Source of the DNA: Octopus vulgaris
Lineage: Eukaryota
Length of the DNA: 64,000 nt
Assembly (NCBI GenBank): GCA_951406725.2
Contig: OX597814.1
Location: 178,622,001 to 178,686,000, forward strand
Direction: 5' to 3'
Shown: piece after piece, positions 51,937-64,000 of the stretch
How the letters are laid out: every line of letters starts with the position of its first letter
Numbering within the stretch: position 1 is the first letter of the stretch
Position numbers and translations under genes: made by a program
Notes under the pieces: model-generated
What the model was told of the DNA's origin: nothing
What the model saw: the letters and a program-made list of their open reading frames with translations, nothing else
Database searches by the model: none

Positions 51937-52441
51937 ATAACCGCCAGACTTCGTATTCGTTATCTATTCCTTCTGTTTTGCATATGTGAATTACAGGGTC
52001 TGTCATGCCCGGAGTCCAACTTTGATAGAAATAAGCATTCTTGACTGCTATTTCTATTTTTTCGGTATGCGGTCAAGCAACCTGTTTTGCCTGTCCCTTT
52101 TTCTTATATACAATATATATACTGAACTTTACAGAAGTTCCTGCCGGTAATCGGCTATATTTACATACCGAATTCTACCAGTAAATAATTGGGGTTTTTT
52201 TAAAAGCCTTTATAGAAATTATTTACTCTTATCATTATATTACTATTTGGATTTTTCACTCCCTTTGACAACCTAACTGTAGTGCGCATGGCAAAATTTT
52301 GGAGGGAAGATTTATGAATTCAAACGTCTATGTAGGTTTAGCCTTTGCTCACTTTCTTCAAATATTTTGATGTCGCATGGTCAGAAGGTTTGAGATACGT
52401 AGCATTTGATAAATCTATGATAAATCTTTTTCAATGGAAAG

Positions 52442-52552
52442 CTGTGCTGAAGAAGGATGTGAAATATATTTGCAATATATATGAAATATATATCAAAAAT
52501 ATATGGAATATATATTCAATATGTTTATAATCCAGAAACATGATGTTCACAG
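52442..52552 (+). ncRNA. Type I hammerhead with long AT-rich stem II (copy 2)
   Basis: Same as 51826-51936. Confidence 0.75.
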
Positions 52553-52747
52553 ATAACCGCCAGACTTCGTATTCGTTATCTATTCCTTCTGTTTTGCATA
52601 TGTGAATTACAGGGTCTGTCATGCCCGGAGTCCAACTTTGATAGAAATAAGCATTCTTGACTGCTATTTCTATTTTTTCGGTATGCGGTCAAGCAACCTG
52701 TTTTGCCTGTCCCTTTTTCTTATATACAATATATATATATATATATA

Positions 52748-52800
52748 TAGGCGCAGGAGTGACTATGTGTTAAGAAGTTCGTTTCCCAATCACATGGCTC
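52748..52800 (+). mobile_element. SINE family A head fragment
   Basis: AGGCGCAGGAGTGACTATGTG..CACATGG. Confidence 0.65.
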
Positions 52801-53041
52801 CTTGTTCTCTTTGTATCGTCTATCTGGATGTTTTGTTGTCCCTTTTTGTATCACCTAGTTGTCCGGATGTTTTGTGCTCTTGTCCCATTTTGTATTTTAT
52901 ATATATGTGTGTATATATATATATATAAATAAATATAGGGATGGTATTATTAAAATACCATCACAAGTGATAAGCGAATTATTAGCCGTACAGGCAAATT
53001 AATAAAATATATACATACAATGTATATATGTATATATATAT

Positions 53042-53437
53042 AAGAGAGAAGAGCAAAGACTGGTAACGGCTCAAAGAGCCATGGAAAGGTCAATGCTTGG
53101 TATCTCGTTGAGAGAGCACATAAGTAGCAAGATCATCAGAAAGAAGTCCGGCGTGAGACATGTCATCGCAGAGTATACACGCAGCAAGTATAGATGGGCT
53201 GGACACGTCGCCCGGCTCACTGATAATCGCTGGACGCACGCAGTTGTCGAGTGGTACCCGCGAGAGCGGAAAAGACCACCCGTAAGACCTCCGCGACGGT
53301 GGAGTTATGATTTCAGGAGGACGATTGGGATCACGTGGATGAGAAAGGCGCGATCCAGAGAGGAGTGGACAGCGTGCTGTGACCAGCGGTGTCAAATGGA
53401 CGCCTGACGGACTGGTCGGTCAAAGTGATCAAAGTGA
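53042..53437 (+). pseudogene. RTE-clade LINE 3' end inserted in (TA)n
   Basis: AQRAMERSMLGISLREHI..KYRWAGHVAR..DNRWT..W.PR..KRP..RP.RRW, with tandem tail TCAAAGTGA x2. Confidence 0.88.
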
Positions 53438-54785
53438 TATATATATATATATATATACAAACTATATAATTTATATAACATACATATTGTAATATCTATA
53501 TATGAAATATATATATAATGCATAATATGTATATATATATATATGTGCGTGTGTGTGCGTGTGTGTGCGTGTGTGTGCGTGCGTACGTGTGCATGTGTGT
53601 GTGTGTGTGTGTGTTTGAGCGTGTGTGCTTACGCGCGTGTTTGTGTGAGATAACTACAACGTGATTATAACACAGTTTGGTATTAAGAAACTGGTAACTG
53701 GATATTGTCATGTATAATTCTAGAACGGCATAAGTAGAATTATCTACAGCGTCCTTTAATTTACCCTCTTAAAATTCAACATCAACATTGGTCTGCCATT
53801 TCTTAATAGACTAATTGTTAAAAATTATCACTACCGTGTCACTATTAATAACTCCGTGTCCATACATGCATGGTCTATTTTCAGTAATATTAATTAAATG
53901 AAAGGCTTTGATGTTCATAAAATCTTCCGTGGATCATTCTACTGACAATATTATGAGTGACAGATCGAAAACAAAATTTATTTTGATACTAAGTATTCAA
54001 AGTAATTACATTTTTTACACCTTCTCCAACACAACAGACTTCTGACATATCTCTCTGTATCAGTTTCTGATCTGTTAGTGATAAACATCTTGTTAATAGT
54101 CGTGATGGTGATGATAATACTAGTAATAAGTGGTGTCTATAGTGCTTGCAATAATTATGTCTGTATTTAACGTGTATGTACTACAATCTCTTGTTAAGGG
54201 TGATCGTGTTTACAAGTTGTTTTTAATATCTTATTGTTGATTGATAATGCCAGTCGTTTGCTGATAGTTTTATATATATATTTCCAAAATGGTCTTATCG
54301 TATCTGTTGTATATGTTCACCAAATGAAATTATACTAAGCGAGGTATTTGTCGGATTTTAACGTGATAGGAGATTGATATTCGAGTCTCTTGAAAGTGAT
54401 ATGTGGCACAGAAACAGTATGAAGTCCTGTGTTTTATCTTAAGGAAAGTAATTAGAATTTAGGACAAATCAATGCCATAACGAAATTCGTGGAAATCAAA
54501 AAACAGGTGTAAATCAGACAGGTGGACTGGACTTAAGAATTAGGCCAATGTTTTTAGTGTAAAGAAAATATCTTTTAATCAGATTATGTAAAATTGCCCC
54601 TAGGAAGAAGTGAGATTTTCGAAATAACGGGTTGAATTTCGGAAAATTGCCAGAAGAGTTCTTATTAACAATGTAAGGGCGTCGGTGACGTAACAAAACG
54701 GAATATCATTCAAATAAAACGGTTAGTTTAAACTACGATTCTTACTCACTCAACATATTTCACCGTTTTTTAAATTACTACAACT

Positions 54786-54817
54786 TATTATTACTACTAC
54801 TACTACTACTACTATTT

Positions 54818-54886
<69 letters not shown>

Positions 54887-54907
54887 ACTACTACTACTAC
54901 TACTACT
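54786..54907. repeat. (ACT)n microsatellite
   Basis: Direct. Confidence 0.95.
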
Positions 54908-55083
54908 AAGGCGGTGAGCTGGCAGATTCACTAGTATGCTGGACGAAATCCTTAGTGGTATTTCGCCTGTCGCTACGTTCTGAGTTCCGCAGAGGTTCAC
55001 TTTCATCCTTTCGGTGTCGATATATTAAGTACCAGTTGAGTATTGGGTTGATGAAATCGACTACTCTTGTGCCTATAGTAGAA

Positions 55084-55178
<95 letters not shown>

Positions 55179-55410
55179 CAGCATCAGCAGTAAGGAGGCG
55201 AGCTGCCAGGTTCATTAGCACGCCGGGGAAAACTCTTAGTGGCATTTCATCCATCTTTATTTCCGTGTTCAAATTCTGCCGAGGTCGACTTTGCTTTTAA
55301 TCCTTTGAGGGTAGATAACTTAAGTACCAGAGAAACGCTGGGGTCGATGTAATCGACTAGTCCCTCCCCACGAAAATTTGAGGTCTTGTGCCTCCAGTAG
55401 AAAAGATTAT
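54908..55410 (+). mobile_element. Two SINE family B copies separated by (ATT)n(AGT)n
   Basis: AAGGCGGTGAGCTGGCAG at 54908 and AAGGAGGCGAGCTGCCAG at 55192, with ATT tails. Confidence 0.85.
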
Positions 55411-55519
55411 TATTCGATTTGTTTCAGGTATGTTCTTATTACTGGTAGAATTTATGTGGGTAGCAATGTTACTACTTATAAAATTATATATCCACAATCT
55501 TTGAATAATCTTTCAGATG

Positions 55520-56290
55520 CTCAAAATCTTTCTGATAAACTTTCCTCTCCGTGACGAAGAATTTGAGGAGAGCACAAGTTACAAATCCAATCGAGGTGTG
55601 GGCCCCATTTGTCTAGGAGAGACTGTATCAGCAAAAACACGATGCCTGGAAGAAGCTAAGAATAGACAGGTAGAAGGAATCCTGAGAAAAATATGAAGTT
55701 ATTTGAATAGGTCAAGGTTGTTTGGGAATGCGCATGTCTTCTTGAAGAGCGAACCATTTGTGGCGAAGTACTCCATAGGAAAGTACTTCCACTCAGCATA
55801 ATTTGTGAGAAAAGCCTTTTCTGTTAAGATATTAAGCACTCCTTCGAGACATCAGCTGGAGTTGGCTTGTGGTGTTTTTCAGGGCACTCTACTCGATGTA
55901 AAATGAACTGAAAGGGAGATTTGGTTTGAGAGTACACAGGGAATTTTATTCCGAGTGAAACCTTAGGATGTAGAAAAGATACCTGTTATTACCTACCTGC
56001 TAGATGGAGAGAAGGGGTTGCGGGCAGGGGCCAAGGTGCCAACTGTTTGGTTCTGAATGCCATTTAAGAATTTACTGTCTGTAACAATGTACGGGTGAGA
56101 GGTATCCCTCTCACTACCTCTGTGCCTACACCATAGTCCCATTAACAAAAGCAGCTTATAGTTGTAACAGCAACAACAGCAGTGAAGCGAACGAAATCTA
56201 CTGCAAGCTTTGAGAAGAAACACGCAAAAGCACGTCTTGTCTTTAAGAAGGAAGTGGAAGAAAGTTACGTAGCAGTTGGTCACGTGTGAG
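55520..56290 (-). pseudogene. Possible decayed L1/Tx1-type ORF2 C-terminal (zf-RVT) fragment
   Basis: With a frameshift: HRV.LIQSLLDKWGPHLDWICNLCSP...EESL, resembling H..L.T...L...G......C..C....E. Confidence 0.4.
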
Positions 56291-56489
56291 CAACGAGAGA
56301 GTCAAGGAAGAAGAGGGAGAGGGAGGGAACGGTGAAGGGGAGAGAAGAAGTATTAGAGAAAGAGTGGGACAGAAAAACAGAAAGCTGTCTATCTATCTTT
56401 CTTCCACTTTTTTCCTAAAGACAAGACGTGTTTTTGCCTGTCTCTTCTCAAAGCCCGTTTCTCCAACGTCACCACTTCACCTCGTTATA

Positions 56490-56812
56490 GCTTAACAGCC
56501 GTTTGTTTTTACTGTTTTGTTATCACTGTCCTGCTTTTATCACCACTTTAACCCTCCATAAATCCCCATTTTTTTAAAATTTGCTTTGCGGGAACGACTT
56601 TTTTAAAGAAGTCGCATCTTGTTCCTATGTTCGAAATGCGGAGTACATAAAACAGGGGAGAACTGATGAAGGGACAGCTTTTTATGTTGCCTGCCTCGTT
56701 TCACTATTTGTTTCTTTCGTTGTTCGTAAAAAAGGTTCGTTTTCCATCTTTTTAAAAAATTTTTATGATCTCGCTTCGCATTTTGTTCATTTTTTCTGAC
56801 GCCTGTACTCAT
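56490..56812 (+). mobile_element. PLE-like 3' end related to 49150-49500, ending in (TA)n
   Basis: Shared TTCGAAA-N26-CTGATGAAG and TTTCGTTGTT..AAAAA(A)GG..CGTTT. Confidence 0.6.
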
Positions 56813-56813
56813 A

Positions 56814-56814
<1 letters not shown>

Positions 56815-56902
<88 letters not shown>

Positions 56903-57150
56903 GGTATGTACATATACGTATATTTATATCTATGTATATGTGTGCATATATATACATATATATATACTCACACACACACAAAATATATATATATATAATA
57001 TACAAATAAATGTATATATATACACACATATATATATATATACATATATATACATACATATATAATACATATACATATATATATATATATATATCACACA
57101 CGCACACATATATATATACACACACACATAGACAAACATACATACACAAA
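56815..57150. repeat. (TA)n and imperfect (TA/CA) microsatellite
   Basis: Direct. Confidence 0.95.
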
Positions 57151-57980
57151 TTCATAAAAGTGTGTATGGGTTATGTTAAGATAAATCTCGAAAGTTGACA
57201 AATATCACGCCCTCGGCGAAAATCAAATCAAATTTTCATGTCTGACTTGCCTTTATTGGAACCGTAAAATTGAGATAGGCAATCGAAAACAGATTCTAGA
57301 GCAGCATAAAAATAGCAACCACATCCCACACTATCGGCAGACATTAAAATTCTAGTTCCTTTAGGTCATCTCGAGTTCTAATTACACATCTTCCTACCTT
57401 ACTGTCCTATCCCATTTATATCATTGCTCTGACTTCTTTTCCTCGATAAATATTATGATTATAAGTAGTGTCGGTGATAAATCTTGTTAGTTTCACTTTC
57501 GTTAATATCAGTTATCTTTATGGAATTTGACTGCGATGTGATTCTAATTGAACTCATGTTGATTACCACCCATCTAAAATAAGCGGCATCGTATTATTGT
57601 CATCAATCAACATTTCAGTTGTTATTGGCACTATCACAACACGAAACTTTTTCCATTCCGTTATCTATCTATAAAATCCACAATATATATATTGCGCTAT
57701 TACAATAACACAATAAGACTATATTTACACAAATACAATAACACAATCGCTAGATTTAGATTATTTATGCATTCATAGATTTATTTATTCATTCAAAAAT
57801 AGCAAATAAGTAAATAAGATCAAATCACGTCTCTTTGTTTGGGTAATCAAGTACTTTCGCTTCTATTTATATTCACATTAGAGAGAAACGAAATGTGTTA
57901 CTAAATCAAAATCGAATACATTTTTTAAAGCTAATTAAAAAAATTAAACTTTATACTTTATTCTCTTTTTTTATTTCTAT

Positions 57981-58028
<48 letters not shown>

Positions 58029-58146
58029 TATGTATAAGTATATATATAAGTATGTGTATTTATATATATGTTTATATATGTGTGTGTTTATGTATGTATA
58101 CATATGTTTGTATATATATATATATCTGTATGTATATATGTGTATA

Positions 58147-58187
<41 letters not shown>

Positions 58188-58450
58188 TTTTTTGTCTTGG
58201 GGAAAAAAGAACACTTAAGTGTGAGGAGATTGTCTTTTTGAGTGTCTGGCACCTCATTATGTGTGTAAAGTTGTTAAGATTTTGCTGTTAAAATTTGTTT
58301 CATCTTTCTTAACCAATATTAAATAAGAAGAAAATATACGCAATTTTCAATCAAAAATCAATTACTTTAAACTATGTTTTGGTGAGTATATACGGCCATC
58401 AAACAAATGTTTTTTTCTTGCCTCTTTATTTTTCTATTTATATTTTCCTA

Positions 58451-58493
<43 letters not shown>

Positions 58494-60130
58494 ATATACA
58501 TATATAAGCATACATACGCCTACATGTACATATACAAACACACACACACACGCATGTATATATACGAGCATATGAATATACATACACACATACATGTTTG
58601 TGTGTGTGTCCTGAGTTCAAATTGCGCCACGATTCATTTTATATTTCATGCTTCTGCGCTCAATAAATCAAAGTACCAGTTAAATTACAATAGGCGATTG
58701 GGAAAGGTATAGCGACCAACGTATGATAGAGGCGATATTGAATCTAAACCATTTTGCGAAAACGAAACTTGAGCGCTGCAAAATTCGATCCTTTGTAGAC
58801 TGTATTGCCTTGTGTTGGTCGATTCCAAGGAGTTTTTTTTTTTTTTTAGTTTCTAATGACTATTTACACAATTATTCATGGATTATTCTGTGAGAGACAG
58901 GAGACTGTAATTCGTTTTAGAAATACTTGTTCACGTATTGGTCGTACAATTATTCAGGAAATAATACCACGGTCAACACCACATTTGTCACTGAATATAT
59001 CGTCCCCACCTTATGGAGTATTTGTGGCCCAATTTGAACTGCTAGTCAGTGTAGATATAAATGTCGGGACTATATGGTTGGGTGAAGTTATGTCCGGCAT
59101 GGAAGTTGTGAGGACACGTTCATAAGTCGACAGAACAATCCCCGATGAATAGTACTGAGAAAAAAAAGCTTGAAATTTGTAAAGCCATTGCAGATAGCCC
59201 AGGAACCTCCCTTGTAGTAATCACATCCACTTAAGTTTTACTTATTTGCTTATTCGTCTTCAATATATAAAAACATGTAACAGCATAACAGCCACCATAT
59301 ATCTACGGAGTAACTTACCGATTAAGTAGCCTTGAGTGTACAGCTGTCGTCTTCAGGAAAAAAAATTGCCTTGACTTCATTTATAGGACTCAGATTACAA
59401 AAAAAGTTCTGTGTGTAGCCATATGAGTCGGTGATAACGGGCATAGAGGTTAAGAAAATGTGTGTTTATATGTGTGAATGCATATGTATATGTGTGTGCG
59501 CGTGCGTGCGTTTGTGTGCCTGTGTGTGTGTGAGTGTGTGCATGGGTACGTGTGTCAGGGTAACAAAAACAACGAGTAGCAAACGACAACGAATTCTCCT
59601 CACATGTTGGTTATCTCTTCATTCATTTTGTCGAGATGAGCTCCAGACAAAAGCCGTGAAGATCAGCAAATATTTACAAGAAGTGAAAAAGATTAATCCG
59701 ATTTTCATCATTAGCACGCAAAAACTGCCTTTGCGTAGACAACTTGATCAAAATAGGCCGGTGCATACGAAACCATAAAGATTTTTGTATCCAATATTTA
59801 CGTCATAAAGTACTGTTTTCGCCGAATCAAATGCAATCATGTACCATAATAACGATAATAAAGGAAGTACAAATAAATTATAGTCTTAAATTATAACGGA
59901 GAAATTTGAATGTTTTCAGAAGTAATATTCCAATTTAAATTGTAATTTGAAGAGGAATTATAAACGTAAAAAATATAATAAGTCCGTTTAATAGAGACTC
60001 CATTTGTTAAGAATTACATTTTCGAAATGAACAATATTAATTGAACAAGTTGTTATTTTACATGTAGTTATATGCACTATCGAAACACGTTGAATTTCAA
60101 CGGATTATGCTAGTGGTGGTGGTCGTCATT

Positions 60131-60171
<41 letters not shown>

Positions 60172-60352
60172 TATTATTATTATTATTCTATGTTTGACTT
60201 TTGCTTTATATTTGTACAAGTTGGCTCCAAGTCTCACCCAGAGACCTCAGGAGACAACAGGGTTGGAAGTTCATGTTGTTGTTATGCCTAGTGTGCCATA
60301 TATTTGGGGGGTGGGGATGTTGTACTAATGAATGTCTAAAAAAAAAAAAAGA

Positions 60353-61030
<678 letters not shown>

Positions 61031-62902
61031 ATTGTCAATGTTAAAAACTGAGAAAATGCACAACTGGATCTAGTAAGATTACTTAAATCATGTTGCTGTC
61101 AAGTTTATTGCCACTCAAGGGTCGTTATATATAAATACCAGCACTTCAATCTATACATCGCAACTGGTTTAAGTTCATTGGCTTAGGCTAGAGCAAGGCT
61201 CGGGATGCTTTTTTAACCGATTACCCCAAAATATATTTTATTTATGCCGACGTTATAACATGCGACTCTTTCTACACTCTTATGGTTTGATTTCAGAGGC
61301 ATTTGGTTGAAAATTTTAACCGTAGCAGTTGCAGAGATATATCCGTTGTTGGAGTTGTCCTTTGTAGGTCGATAAAACAAGTACCAGGTTTGCATTAATT
61401 TCAATAATAACGACACTAACATTAGTCTCCTTTTATTTTTTTGGCGAGAACAATCAAATACTGGCAACAGTATCATGCAGGTGTCAGTTGTATAATTCTT
61501 ATGAGTTCAAATATAACCAGTTAAGTTTCTTATTCATTATTCTTATCCGGCTGTTAATTTGATCTCTCCACGACTCCATCTAAAGCAACGAATTATCTAC
61601 GTCTTTAAATAGTGAAATAGAATTTCTGCGGTGTTAATTCAGTCAATCGCTGCTCTGAGTTCAAATGTAATCGAGATCAACAAGGCCCTTTTTTTTTACC
61701 TGGTCGACAAATAAAGCCTGCAATGAGATCGATTTTTCTCTGTTTCACTTCCAGAAAGAAATAGGGTGTGCTCAGATATGGAGATGGATAGATTCTTCCA
61801 GATTTGTAATGTTAAAAGACACTATATTTCACATTAATGTCACTAGGTCTCCGTATCGAATGGAAGACTCAAAGCAAAGACACGCCTTGCATAAATATCA
61901 CCTTGATCCGATTTATACAAGATAATTATTAAAACATCTATTTCAAATTTCAAGTTGCACGGTGTTTATTTTCCATTTCATAGCATATATCTTTATAATA
62001 CTCTTCGTTTAACGTTGATATAGCCATGGCTGTGTACGTAATACCAACACGAAGAACATTTATTCTCTCACATTAAATTTCAGTACGCGTCAATCAATCA
62101 CATTTCGTGTGAAGTGATATAAGATACGTTGGTGATGTTAGCACTGATTGCTTATAGCGCTGTCAGTTTTAGTAGTTTTATTAATATTAGTCTTATCGCT
62201 GATGGTGGTAATGGTGGTGACGATGGTAACATCAATAGTGATAATCGTTTTCCGGTGACGGTGTATTTTGGCACGTTAAATGACAGCCAACAAATGCATG
62301 AATACCGAAGCAGCTGATTTAAACGACAACTAAATAAAGATGACGTCAATATTTAGGAGATAGCTGCAGAGATGAAAGATGCTGAGATTGAGGATGATTT
62401 TCATGTCTACCTTCCCTTCTCTATAACTTAATCTCGACATCTATTTCGTAACGTATTCCTCTTTTTCCTCAAATTACTTTTATGTATAAACACACAGGTG
62501 AAATCACATACGTGGATATATACATATTACGCTAAATCCAGTATTACATCATTTTAAAAACGTTTTTTTGAAGTATGCGTGGATTCCCTTTTTCTGTCAT
62601 GCTGGAAGGTATCACTAGATTTGGTGAAACAAATGACAGAGAGAGAGATGCAGAGTGACGTGAGAGAGGAGGAGGAGGAGGTGAGAAAGAGAGAGGGCGA
62701 GTAGGAGAGTTGAGAGAAAAAGAGGGAGTAATAAACAGAAGACGAGAGAGAAACAGAGAGACTGAGAGAGATAGACAGATAATAAGTGAGAGAACGATAG
62801 TGTGTTAGGAAGAGAGATATATCTAGGTTTTAAATGCTACCTATCCGTAATATTTTCACTGAGTGAGAGTCACCAGCTACTGAAACACGCAAAATATCGT
62901 TA

Positions 62903-62996
<94 letters not shown>

Positions 62997-63001
62997 AATC
63001 T

Positions 63002-63570
63002 ACGAGGGTGGGTTACTGGCTTTGAGAAAAAGAAAATACAAGAAGATCAGTTAAATATGATTTTATTTAATACTAGCAGTATCGCCCGGCGTTGCTCGGG
63101 TTTGTAAGGGAAATAACTATATAAGAATTTTTAGAGATGTAAAGTATAATAGCCATCTCAATATGGTTAACCACAAAGTGGGGTGTTACTGTAGCTTTTT
63201 ACGTTCTGAGATTTAATACGTTTTTAGAGAGTTAAATCCCTTATATAAACCGAGCGAAAATGCATTAAAAATGCGGAAAAATTATGTTAATTTTTTTTTA
63301 AATCTCAGACTCATCGTAGACGCGCGCTAATACCCAGAAAGGCTCGATATGAATCACGACTATAAGATACCCGCTTTTGGTTACACTGCACCGCAAAATG
63401 TGGGAGTAGTTAGGAATCTAAATCGTAGGAGACAGACACAACTTGACTTTTATATATAAAGATATACCCATCTTGGATTCACACACTTATTGCAGCGGTC
63501 TTTCAATTTTTCTAAACCACTTAAAATAACTCGGAAGGCTGGGCCTCCAACCGGGCCTTTCACGATACCG
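63002..63570 (-). mobile_element. Mariner 3'-end remnant split by a Helitron
   Basis: TA-CGAGGG TIR start. Minus strand KLKDRCNKCVNPRW resembles the mariner C-terminus KL..RW.KC...G.Y. Confidence 0.55.
63073..63462 (-). mobile_element. Non-autonomous Helitron
   Basis: Minus: A|TCTTTATATATAAAAG ... CCCGAGCAACGCCGGG hairpin-CGATACTG-CTAG|T. Inserted at an AT site, no TSD. Confidence 0.85.
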
Positions 63571-63589
63571 TAAAGTCACACACACACAT

Positions 63590-63970
63590 CTTTTATCTTC
63601 TATCTTGTTTCGGTCAAGTGAGTACGGGCATGCTGGAACACAACCTTCAAGGGTTTTCTCCGAATAAATCGACTACTTACTTTTTTAAAGCCTAATACTT
63701 ATTCTATCGAACGCTGAGATGCTGGGTTGCGGAGACGTAAACATACCAACACCGGTTGTTAAGCGGTGGTAGCGGATAAGCACAGACCACAAAGATGCAT
63801 CAACATCGGTATACACACACAGACACACGCACACATTTACGACCGGCGTCTTTTAGTTTCCGTCTGCCAAATCCAGTAATAAGGTTTTTGTCAGTCCGAG
63901 GTTGTATTACAAGACATCTATCCAATTTTGCACGCAGTAGTACTGAACTCGGGACAATGTGGTTTGGAAA
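63590..63970 (-). mobile_element. Diverged SINE family A
   Basis: TACTTATTCTATCG..GACGTAAACA..CCGGTTGT..AGTTTCCGTCT..CACGCAGT..ACTGAAC. Confidence 0.75.
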
Positions 63971-64000
63971 CACGCTGGCACTGTGTCGAACTTTGAAACC

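Larger units (their letters stand above)
51566..52737 (+). mobile_element. Near-identical tandem duplication (556-bp units, 616-bp period) with one hammerhead per unit, retrozyme/PLE pLTR-like
   Basis: 51566-52121 = 52182-52737 (one substitution noticed), 60-bp spacer, ends in (TA)n. Confidence 0.88.

Noticed and set aside
51729-52622. Duplicated 61-63 aa ORFs
   Set aside because: Identical only because of the tandem duplication. Non-ATG start or no motif, and they overlap the ribozyme.

Overview
AT-rich, microsatellite-laden eukaryotic non-coding DNA. The SINE families present point to an octopus (coleoid cephalopod) genome. No host exon could be supported. The window is a nest of mobile elements: three tRNA-derived SINE families, CR1/RTE/R4/L1-Tx1 LINE fragments, Tc1, mariner, m44-like, hAT and Helitron pieces, and a 5'-truncated Penelope-like element (RT YLDD plus GIY-YIG). 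The main hidden signal is about ten unrelated inserts, mostly in (TA)n tracts, each carrying a minimal type I hammerhead ribozyme (HHR) motif, usually with a palindromic stem III. These include two tandem retrozyme-like dimers (508 and 616 nt periods). The most unusual object is at 45308-47699: Penelope-type pseudo-LTR architecture (direct plus inverted repeat, HHR, (TA)n flanks) whose only cargo is an uninterrupted ~453-aa gag/ORF1-like CCHC zinc-knuckle protein, with no RT or endonuclease. All folds and alignments were done by eye.
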